32,000 nt of DNA from Candidatus Paracaedimonas acanthamoebae (GCA_000743035.1 CP008936.1:1320001-1352000), one strand, 5' to 3'; shown: positions 8,843-15,950, numbered from the stretch's first letter. Numbers and translations: made by a program. The notes: generated by a model not told the origin, from the sequence alone.

Positions 8843-9733
8843 ATGATAAAATTTCGCCATTTTTTTAGCCTGGTCTTTATCCCAATCTTCTTGGTTTTCT
8901 CAACGGCTTTTTCCTCTGATGGAGAAGTTGTTGATCAGCCGCAGAAAAAAAGTTGTTTTACAACCTTCCCTAGAGACCTCTTTTGTGAAGTAGCAAAACA
9001 TCTTCTGGTCCCCGATATTTTGAGAGCCACTCAAGTTTGTAAGGAATGGTATCAAGCATTTAATCAAGACACCATCTGGAAAAATATTGCCCAGACGATC
9101 CCCCTTTATCAGCATTATAAAAAGCTGAAATTTCCTGCAAAACGCGCATTTATTAAACTTATGACACCACAATTTTATTTTTGGGAGGATTTAAAAATTA
9201 TCATCCGGTTGTCAGAACATCATAAAAAATCAGCCCGCCTGTGGGCTCTTTTGTATGGTGAGGAGATTCTAGAGCTTCTTTTAGCTAAAAAAGAATTACT
9301 CAACCTTGATAGCTCCTTAAAAATCCCCCTTCATGTCTCGGTGACAGCCTTCAAATACAACATTGGCCCCAAAATTATTGCAGGGAAAGTTCAATTTGAC
9401 GACCAGAAACTTCCTTTCCTCTATTTAGAAAAGAAGGGCATTGAGTTATGGAAAAATATTCTTGCACAAGCGCAAATCCTTCCTGTTGGCTATGAAGCAC
9501 AAAAAATCACTCACATAAGTGAAGACAGCACTATGTTTACTGGGATTGGCTCTCAATCCTCCTTATGGATTGCTTACTTTCCAGATGTTAAAAGTTTTGA
9601 GCGACGGGGTGTTAAGGTGTTTGATTATCAGCAAAGTTTAAAAAACTCGGATAATTTTACCTCTCATGTCCCACAAGTGGTGCCGCAGCCAAATCAATCT
9701 GTTGGGGTGCAGACCACGCCATCGGGATCTTAA
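8843..9733 (+). CDS. F-box domain protein with N-terminal signal peptide/anchor (eukaryote-like effector candidate)
   Basis: Residues 42-82 (nt 8966-9088) read FPRDLFCEVAKHLLVPDILRATQVCKEWYQAFNQDTIWKNI. They align without gaps to the F-box consensus LPxELLxxIFxxLxxxDLLxxxxVCKxWxxLxxDxxLW. The N-terminus FFSLVFIPIFLVFSTAFSS is hydrophobic. I do not recognise the remaining roughly 210 aa. Confidence 0.75.
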   Translation: MIKFRHFFSLVFIPIFLVFSTAFSSDGEVVDQPQKKSCFTTFPRDLFCEVAKHLLVPDILRATQVCKEWYQAFNQDTIWKNIAQTIPLYQHYKKLKFPAKRAFIKLMTPQFYFWEDLKIIIRLSEHHKKSARLWALLYGEEILELLLAKKELLNLDSSLKIPLHVSVTAFKYNIGPKIIAGKVQFDDQKLPFLYLEKKGIELWKNILAQAQILPVGYEAQKITHISEDSTMFTGIGSQSSLWIAYFPDVKSFERRGVKVFDYQQSLKNSDNFTSHVPQVVPQPNQSVGVQTTPSGS

Positions 9734-11585
9734 CATGAACATCATGCGTCAACATTCCAAGACTCTGTAAATCTGCCAAAATAATACGAATATCCGTTGC
9801 GACCTCTTTGAGCACACTTTTGATATGATGACGTCTCGGGTATTGGGTGTCTTGCAGCACTTGGTTTTGCTCTTCAGCCCCGTTTCGCACCACAATATCT
9901 TCTATAATGTCTTTAGCATGTAAAGTATCAGGATAAAGATGTCCCCGTTGTGGAATCTGGTCGCCCCAATCTTCATAAATAAAGCCAGAAGGTGATTCTC
10001 GCCAGGTATTTGATTCAAACTGATATGTTCCTACTTTAATATAATCCTCTTCAACATAACAAAGGGAAGATTTTTGATAAGGGAGAGATTGCTGATCTTG
10101 ATCCCCGACAGCCACTCCTATGCTAACCTCGGCCCATCTGCGCCCTGTCTGACCTTCAACCTTTAGGCAATAGCTGATAACTTTACCCTGGGCTTTTCCC
10201 CCAGGAAGGCGAGAGTCTTCAACTTCAATCGTATGGTCACAACTAATGTCCCATAAAACCTCTAAAGGAGCTTCGATTCTTAAGGTCATGGCACGCGCCG
10301 TCGCAGCTAGATGGGCTCGAGCAACCTCAAGGGCATGCTCGAAAGCTTGGCGACCTCGATCTGTCAAGAAGAAGCTGCCACGCCTCTTCTCAAGAGGGAT
10401 GTTTGGCTTCCTCCCCAGCAAGCGCCAATCTGCTTGATCTTCTGCAAAAGAAAATCTTGAATGATGAGATCGAATGCACTGATAAACCATCTCCTTTTCC
10501 TCCACTCGATAACCCCGGCTATAGACCCAATCTGGTTTCCAAGGATGTAGATCTTCAGCCAACATAAGATTTTGCAAATAAAGATGAAGCTTTCTCGTCC
10601 GCGGTGCTTCATACGCAACGATTTGTGTTTTTTGCTCAAGTTTAAAATGAAGATTCTCTCGCCGCCGTTGTCGATAAAGCCACCCCAGAACTAGCTTTGC
10701 GCGATACCAAGATCTTTTAAGTCTCTTCATCTGTGGCTTTTTGGTTTCATTTAAAGGATCATAAGGAGACATCCAAAATGGTTTAGATCTTGCGGGATAA
10801 AGATCCAGCGCCCCTGTATATTTTGGCTGAACTTCTCGAAGCTCGCTATGGGCTATCCAATACCCGGAACGCCCGATTTTCTCACCACAGCGCCACCACC
10901 TTTTTTCAAGACTTTGTCCTGTTAAGGTATTAATGAGCCCTTCAGGAAACTTAGCATGCAATAAGCGGCTGATATCTGTGCGTCCTTCATATCGTTGATT
11001 CCAATCTGCCGTGAGGGTGACATCAACAGCTGCTAAAGGTGTTGCCGTCCGTGAAATTTTTAAGCTATCTCGAAAAAAATTTCCTTTCAGTACTAGCTTT
11101 TCTTGTCCCCAAAAATAATCAGACAAGGTGACCTTTGAAGTGGTACGCGACCAATAATAAAGTGCTGCTCTTGCCTCCATGCTTTCAAAGGGATTATCCT
11201 GTTCCTCTTCTTGAATAAAAAGAGGATCCCAAAATGGCGCTGTTTTTAACGTGTGATGAAGATCCATTAGAATCCTTTTGGACTCAGTGGGTTCAGCAAT
11301 CAACAGGATTTTGAGTGTCTCGCCTTCGATTTTCTCAGGAATCGCAAGGATTCTGCCACGAAACATGAGTTCAACACCCTCTCCTCGATCTCCAGAGATA
11401 AATGCCCATTGTTGACGATCATGGTTTATAAGCCCACATTTAGGGTTCATAATTTGCACATATGCTGTTGGGTATTTTGCTTCTTGCCCTGAGATCTCAA
11501 GACTAAAGAGATGTTCATCCCGCCGCGCATGAACAGTCGGGTCAAATTGTTCATTTTCATGACACCACGCAAAATAAAATTTCAT
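9657..11585 (-). CDS. phage-like large structural protein (conserved hypothetical; podovirus tail-module-like)
   Basis: 642-aa ORF with a strong SD (GGGAGGT 5 nt before the ATG) and higher GC than its neighbours. Its size and its partnership with the 173-aa ORF resemble the small-adaptor plus large-hub gene pairs of prophage tail modules. The family assignment is from memory only. Confidence 0.65.
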   Translation of the reverse strand: MKFYFAWCHENEQFDPTVHARRDEHLFSLEISGQEAKYPTAYVQIMNPKCGLINHDRQQWAFISGDRGEGVELMFRGRILAIPEKIEGETLKILLIAEPTESKRILMDLHHTLKTAPFWDPLFIQEEEQDNPFESMEARAALYYWSRTTSKVTLSDYFWGQEKLVLKGNFFRDSLKISRTATPLAAVDVTLTADWNQRYEGRTDISRLLHAKFPEGLINTLTGQSLEKRWWRCGEKIGRSGYWIAHSELREVQPKYTGALDLYPARSKPFWMSPYDPLNETKKPQMKRLKRSWYRAKLVLGWLYRQRRRENLHFKLEQKTQIVAYEAPRTRKLHLYLQNLMLAEDLHPWKPDWVYSRGYRVEEKEMVYQCIRSHHSRFSFAEDQADWRLLGRKPNIPLEKRRGSFFLTDRGRQAFEHALEVARAHLAATARAMTLRIEAPLEVLWDISCDHTIEVEDSRLPGGKAQGKVISYCLKVEGQTGRRWAEVSIGVAVGDQDQQSLPYQKSSLCYVEEDYIKVGTYQFESNTWRESPSGFIYEDWGDQIPQRGHLYPDTLHAKDIIEDIVVRNGAEEQNQVLQDTQYPRRHHIKSVLKEVATDIRIILADLQSLGMLTHDVHVKIPMAWSAPQQIDLAAAPLVGHER

Positions 11586-11690
11586 TTCTTACCTCCCTTT
11601 TATATTTTCTTTTTTTTAAGCAAAATGCCCTTCTCTTATCATTCCTCTTTCCTTCCAACCCGTGCCTGTCACGCACGCTTAGAAATCCTC

Positions 11691-12150
11691 TAGCACCTAT
11701 TCACATCTCTTGGTTGCCTGAGATCCTTGGGACAAGCCCAAGGATGACGACGGAGGAGAAGCTAGTTCCTATTGTCACCAACTAACGCCCTTCCATCCTC
11801 GCCAATAAGCACTTTCGTACCCAAATACTGGTCATCCTAGGCCTTGTACCTAGGATCCCAAGCGACATAAATCTCTCGGCTGTCACCATTCGGTGCTCTT
11901 CCCCCAGCCCTTGTCGTGCCTACCCCTTTTCATCAGTCAAAGAGAGGGCATGAACTCAAAGAGAGCACCACAGTTACGGTTACTTAATAATTTAGGTTCT
12001 CATCCCTTTCTTATTCTTCTTATTGGATGGACTCAGAAACTTACTAAAAGGATTATCAAGATTTTTAGGCCTCAATAAGAGAAAGAGATTCATCTCTGAC
12101 CATCTACTAATAGGCTACCATATAATGATACAAAAATCAAGAAAATTCAC
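11691..12150. repeat. Composite repeat A: hairpin module 1 (core 11712-11748) + inverted hairpin module 2 (core 11831-11866) + module 3 (11925-12150)
   Basis: Colinear with composite B (15464-15950). Shared strings include ggttgcctgagatccttgggacaagcccaaggatgac, gtcatcctaggccttgtRcctaggatcYcaagcgacataaa, ttttcatcagKcaaagagag and catctctgaccatctactaataggctaccata. Confidence 0.85.
12112..12140 (-). promoter_or_regulatory. Candidate promoter TTGATT-N17-TAGCCT (minus strand) in element copy A, pointing at the 642-aa gene
   Basis: The reverse complement reads TTGATTtttgtatcattatatggTAGCCT. The hexamers are conserved in all three copies. Confidence 0.35.
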
Positions 12151-12327
12151 CCAAAACATCAACAATTTTATTTTTTTAAATCAAGTAGTTATGAAGTTTT
12201 TTTCATGACTATTTTGCAATCCTTTTGATCTCATCAAAATAAGGAAAAATTTATTACATTTGTCTCTTGATATCTGATTTTTTTTAATCTTACCGTATCA
12301 AGGTAAACATTTTTATAGGAGCTTTTC

Positions 12328-12606
12328 ATGTATACTCAACGTTTTTCCTTTCTTAAAAATGCCAAAGGAATAAGCATTTTTTCTCTGTCGGTTTTCTTAA
12401 GTTTCTCTCAAGCAAATGCTTCTGATTTTCGAAAAGAAGGAAAGACTCCTGCCCCTAAAAATCCTATGTCCTTAGCGCCCACAGGAACGAATAGGGATCA
12501 TCAAGATCTTGCTCAAAACTTCCCAGGAGGCACCACCTCCTGTACGGGTATTGTCATCCTCCAAGGTACCAACGCTTGTCTCGGAGTCCCAACGTTAGAA
12601 GGTTGA
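12328..12606 (+). CDS. small hypothetical secreted protein (92 aa)
   Basis: An AGGAG sits 6 nt upstream of the ATG. The signal peptide is ...ISIFSLSVFLSFSQANA/SD. The mature part is Pro/Thr/Gly-rich with 2 Cys near the C-terminus. No recognisable family. Confidence 0.35.
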   Translation: MYTQRFSFLKNAKGISIFSLSVFLSFSQANASDFRKEGKTPAPKNPMSLAPTGTNRDHQDLAQNFPGGTTSCTGIVILQGTNACLGVPTLEG

Positions 12607-12747
12607 TTTTTTCAGATATCTATTAAGAAGGGATGATGGCATTGGCGCGATCATCTCTAAATGCTTTTGATATTCCAATCCAATAAGAAGACTGCCTCTC
12701 AATATCTTTTGTTGCGGCTTCTCTCGTTGCCCTGTGTGTCTCACACA

Positions 12748-12813
12748 CAAGACCTTCTGGCACCTTTCAGCATTTCCTGATTGCTTGAGACCCCGGTACA
12801 AGCCCGAGGATGA
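12748..12813. repeat. Solo, degenerate copy of hairpin module 1
   Basis: caagaccttctggcacctttcagcatttcctgattgcttgagaccccggtacaagcccgaggatga aligns position-for-position with 14027-14094 and 15464-15531. The stem is partly decayed. Confidence 0.7.
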
Positions 12814-12950
12814 AAAGAAAGAAGAATTCTGCTCACAAATAAACGTACCTCGTTAATCATGCTTACCTTCTTGACTAAAACAAAATGCTCGACATCCGCA
12901 TATTTTTTAAGCCATACATAGGGAAGAAATATTTGAACCAATGAGTTTTT

Positions 12951-13898
12951 ATGAGCCCCCTTGATCAAACTCTTTCATCCCCTGCCATAGCCACGAACTG
13001 GTTTGCCCGCAAGGGATACCTTCAGGGTGTCTTCTGGATTGTTCTGGTCTGCCTTATTAGCAACCTGAATGATATCCTCATGCGCTTGTCGGGAACACGA
13101 CTTCCCAGCATGCAAATTTCTTTCTTCCGTTTCTTTTTCGCCTTTCTGACCCTTATTCCTTTTATGATGATCCGCGGGAAAAAGGCTTTTATGACGGCAC
13201 AACCCGGCTTTCATTTTTTGCGCGCCATACTCGGTTTTGGTGCGGTTGCCTTTTGGTGCACAGGCGTTAGTAAAGCACCTCTTGCCGTAGTCAGTACCAT
13301 CGCCTTAACGGTTCCTATCTTTGTTCTTCCCATGGCCTTTCTTTTGCTCAAAGAAAATGTGGGCTGGCAAAGAACAACCGCAACACTTATTGGCTTTATC
13401 GGCATTCTTGTCATCATTAAGGGAACCGCAGGTGAAGAAGCTTTATTGAGCTCTCTCTATCACTTCGATAACGGCTCTGTTTTCTTGATCGCTGCCGCCA
13501 TTTTGTTCGCGCTCAGCGACATTTTAAATAAAAAAATGGTTCATCAAGAATCTCCCCTGACAATGTTATTTTACTTTGCCGCAGGAACATCTTTATTTGG
13601 TGCCATTCCTGCCACCATAGTCTGGGAAACGCCCACAACAACCGAGCTCTTTTACCTCTTTTGCCTTGGTGCTGGTGGAAATTTGATCCTTTATTTCCTC
13701 CTCAAAGCTTTTGCTGCAACCGATGTTTCTGCGCTTGCCCCCTATCGCTACGTTGAGCTTATTTTTGCAACTTTCTTTGGGTATGTCTTATTCCAAGAAA
13801 TCCCCACAGAAATGACGCTTTTAGGGGCAGCCATCATCGTGCCTAGCACGTTTGCCATTGCTTATTACGAAACACGGCAACAAGCAAAAAAGGCCTAG
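12951..13898 (+). CDS. EamA/DMT-family transporter (10-TM drug/metabolite transporter)
   Basis: 315 aa and highly hydrophobic, with the two-halves architecture typical of tandem EamA domains (...FFRFFFAFLTLIPF... and ...ALAPYRYVELIFATFFGYVLFQE...). Confidence 0.8.
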   Translation: MSPLDQTLSSPAIATNWFARKGYLQGVFWIVLVCLISNLNDILMRLSGTRLPSMQISFFRFFFAFLTLIPFMMIRGKKAFMTAQPGFHFLRAILGFGAVAFWCTGVSKAPLAVVSTIALTVPIFVLPMAFLLLKENVGWQRTTATLIGFIGILVIIKGTAGEEALLSSLYHFDNGSVFLIAAAILFALSDILNKKMVHQESPLTMLFYFAAGTSLFGAIPATIVWETPTTTELFYLFCLGAGGNLILYFLLKAFAATDVSALAPYRYVELIFATFFGYVLFQEIPTEMTLLGAAIIVPSTFAIAYYETRQQAKKA

Positions 13899-13974
13899 AA
13901 GAAGAAGCATCAAGCTTTGCCTGTGCTTGCTGCTGGACACGGGTAGACTCTCATCGACATTTCTTTTTCTTCTA

Positions 13975-13998
13975 GATCCCCGCTTACGCGGGGATGAC
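13975..13998. repeat. GC-rich hairpin GATCCCCGC-ttac-GCGGGGATGAC (copy 1)
   Basis: The core is identical to 14250-14273. It lies 77 nt downstream of the EamA stop and has no T-tract. Confidence 0.8.
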
Positions 13999-14026
13999 AG
14001 AGGAGAAAGTTGATCTTTTCATGGTA

Positions 14027-14273
14027 TAAGACCTTCTGGCGTCTTTCAGCACCTCTTGGTTGCCTGAGATCCCCGGCACAAGGCCGGAGATGACAATCAA
14101 AAGGTGGCTTATAGTAATACTTTCTTCCCACAATCCTTGCCAACGAGCACTTTCGTACCTAACCTTGGTCATCCTTGGGGTTGTCCCAAGGACCTCAAGC
14201 GACCTAAAAATCTCTCCAATTACCTTTCGATACCCTCCAGTATTCCCTGGATCCCCGCTTACGCGGGGATGAC
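14027..14273. repeat. Composite repeat M: module 1 (core 14058-14094) + inverted module 2 (core 14168-14203) + GC hairpin (14250-14273); lacks module 3
   Basis: taagaccttctggcgtctttcagcacctcttggttgcctgagatccccggcacaaggccggagatgac and gccaacgagcactttcgtacc...gtcatccttggggttgtcccaaggacctcaagcgacctaaa align with the corresponding parts of composites A and B. Confidence 0.8.
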
Positions 14274-14284
14274 AAAAATGTCAC

Positions 14285-14806
14285 TCACACCTCCTCAAGC
14301 TCAATTGCCCATCCTACTTGATGACCCCATTCATCTGTTTCAATGGTATGGTTGATCATCATCATCTCAAGAAGCGGACGATAACTGATAAAAAGTCTCT
14401 TGCCTTTGGGTGGCACCTCTTCCAGCATGACCTCCTCCTCTTGAACTTTAAGAACTTTCGTGGTTTCTTTCGTCTCATCAAAAACCACCACAGATCCTTC
14501 AATTGGCAGCCGTGCAAGCCGGATACTTTTTTGAAGCCCATCACCCAAAAACTCTTGGCATAACCGCTGAATGCATCCGACGCGGACTTGACTTCCTCGC
14601 CACCATTTTTCAAGTGCAGGGATGGTTTTATCTTGCCCCCGAATCTTTGTGAGATATTTATGATGCGTCTCATTGCCAATAAAGAACAGCTTCCCCTCTA
14701 TCGTGCGACGATACTCGCCATTGCGAATGGGCGTGAGCACTTGATGACATCCCCGTGCCGAGAAAGGAGGAAGCCCACCTCCCTCAATCGTTAAATCTGT
14801 TTCCAT
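14285..14806 (-). CDS. phage-like small structural protein (conserved hypothetical, 173 aa)
   Basis: A GGGAGA SD sits 5 nt upstream. The motif LPPFSARGCHQVLTPIRNGEYRRTIEGKL...HKYLTKIRGQD...PAL resembles a conserved prophage protein family I recall from proteobacterial podovirus-type prophages. I cannot name the family. Confidence 0.6.
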   Translation of the reverse strand: METDLTIEGGGLPPFSARGCHQVLTPIRNGEYRRTIEGKLFFIGNETHHKYLTKIRGQDKTIPALEKWWRGSQVRVGCIQRLCQEFLGDGLQKSIRLARLPIEGSVVVFDETKETTKVLKVQEEEVMLEEVPPKGKRLFISYRPLLEMMMINHTIETDEWGHQVGWAIELEEV

Positions 14807-14816
14807 CAGGGTCTCC

Positions 14817-14984
14817 CTACCACATTACCCATCGTGGGAATGGATATGCTTGCGCAAGAGATGCTCGACGCAAATACTGCTCAAGAGCATCAATGATCGC
14901 TTGTTCATCTTCCTGCTGAGAAATTTCCTGGCTTAAATCAGGATTTAAACTCAATGGGTTATTAGTCTTTGTCCCTACAATCAT
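14817..14984 (-). CDS. small ORF (55 aa), first-neighbour upstream of the 173-aa gene
   Basis: Not in the track because it is under 60 aa. My translation is MIVGTKTNNPLSLNPDLSQEISQQEDEQAIIDALEQYLRRASLAQAYPFPRWVMW. A GGAGG lies 6 nt upstream. Its stop is 10 nt before the next ATG. Confidence 0.4.
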   Translation of the reverse strand: MIVGTKTNNPLSLNPDLSQEISQQEDEQAIIDALEQYLRRASLAQAYPFPRWVMW

Positions 14985-15025
14985 GTGTTACCTCCACTTT
15001 TTTAAAGTTATGATCCATTTTGCTT

Positions 15026-15148
15026 CTATTGATGTTCATGACTGAGGTTCACACTCATCATGCCCACGTTATTTCTCATCTTATTCGAATCAATTAGCTC
15101 TTTTCTCAGGCTTTTACCTGTTCGTGTATCAATAGGTTTAAAGTTCAT
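15026..15148 (-). CDS. small ORF (40 aa), possible first gene of the small phage-like operon
   Basis: My translation is MNFKPIDTRTGKSLRKELIDSNKMRNNVGMMSVNLSHEHQ. An AGGAAG lies 8 nt upstream. The ORF is very short, so this call is weak. Confidence 0.25.
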   Translation of the reverse strand: MNFKPIDTRTGKSLRKELIDSNKMRNNVGMMSVNLSHEHQ

Positions 15149-15463
15149 TTTTTAGTCTTCCTGTTTTTTCGTTTTTTTAATTTTAGTGTGCTGTTAGGCA
15201 CGTTTTTTGTTTTATGGTTTCATTAAAACCTTTTGTTTTTTTGTTTTTTGGTATGAGGTCAACCGTTAAGCCTTTTCCTCAAGTGTTATGCTCTACGTTC
15301 TTTATGGCATTTCTGCCTCCCTTTGTTTTTTATCGTTAGTCATTGTTCATCTACTTCGCTGTATCTTCTTTTCTCATTTCTGCCCCGTCCCTCTCCCGCG
15401 CGGTTAGGGATCTTTTGACACCTTTCGATACTCACCTTTTCCACCGTTCCTCTCCCGTAGAGT

Positions 15464-15950
15464 GAAGACATCCTGGCGCCTCTCAGCATCCTCTGGTTGC
15501 CTGAGATCCTTGGGACAAGCCCAAGGATGACCGTGGGGTGGATAGGCCTGAAGCTCATCATTTAATAACTTTCTATTTTCCAACATTTTTTCTTCCTTCC
15601 TTTATTGTTTTCATTTCCACTCAGTTCTTACCAATAAGCTCAAAGCACTCTCTTCTTTCGTCATCCTAGGCCTTGTGCCTAGGATCTCAAGCGACATAAA
15701 GACCTCTCACATCACCATTCACTCCTTTTCCGGCCTTTTCATCAGGCAAAGAGAGAGCCTTCGCTCAAAAAGAGCGTTCATTGGCTTTTAATGAGCTTTT
15801 AGGGCTCAATTTTTAATCGGACGGATGGAGGGAATTTTTGAAGAGGATTGAGAGCTTTTTTAAAGGCCCGCAAGGAAGTAAATTTCATCTCTGACCATCT
15901 ACTAATAGGCTACCATATCATGATACAAAAATCAAGAAAATTCAATGCCA
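15464..15950. repeat. Composite repeat B: module 1 (core 15495-15531) + inverted module 2 (core 15660-15695) + module 3 (15725-15950)
   Basis: Same order and orientation as composite A, and the module-1 core is identical to A. It lies between the phage-like small-ORF block and the mutS stop. Confidence 0.85.
15907..15935 (-). promoter_or_regulatory. Candidate promoter TTGATT-N17-TAGCCT (minus strand) in element copy B, pointing at the 40/55/173-aa block
   Basis: The reverse complement reads TTGATTtttgtatcatgatatggTAGCCT. Confidence 0.35.

Noticed and set aside
11511-12208. Three plus-strand ORFs of 60-61 aa
   Set aside because: They lie in composite repeat A. The frames are not conserved in copies B or C0.
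12595-12968. Minus-strand ORFs of 68 and 75 aa
   Set aside because: They are encoded by hairpin module 1. The peptide HPRACTGVSSNQEMLKGARRSCV is the same repeat-derived string as VISGLVPGISGNQEVLKDARRSYT and VILGLVPRISGNQRMLRGARMSS elsewhere. The similarity is at the DNA-repeat level, not gene level.
13910-14355. Four overlapping small ORFs on both strands (62-83 aa)
   Set aside because: They fall entirely in composite repeat M and the GC hairpins. None has an SD, and they are mutually overlapping.
9657-15148. Assignment of the phage-like genes to an alphaproteobacterial gene transfer agent (RcGTA-type) cluster
   Set aside because: I could not see the motifs I associate with GTA g12-g15 (for example DUF2163-type N-termini). 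No capsid, portal or tape-measure neighbours are present, so only a generic phage-like label is justified.
15340-15586. Two minus-strand ORFs (73 and 60 aa)
   Set aside because: They are repeat-derived reading frames across module 1 of composite B.
11691-15950. Possibility that the repeated hairpins are a CRISPR array
   Set aside because: The repeats are not evenly spaced and occur in both orientations. Their inner sequences differ and they are interspersed with genes. No cas genes are present.
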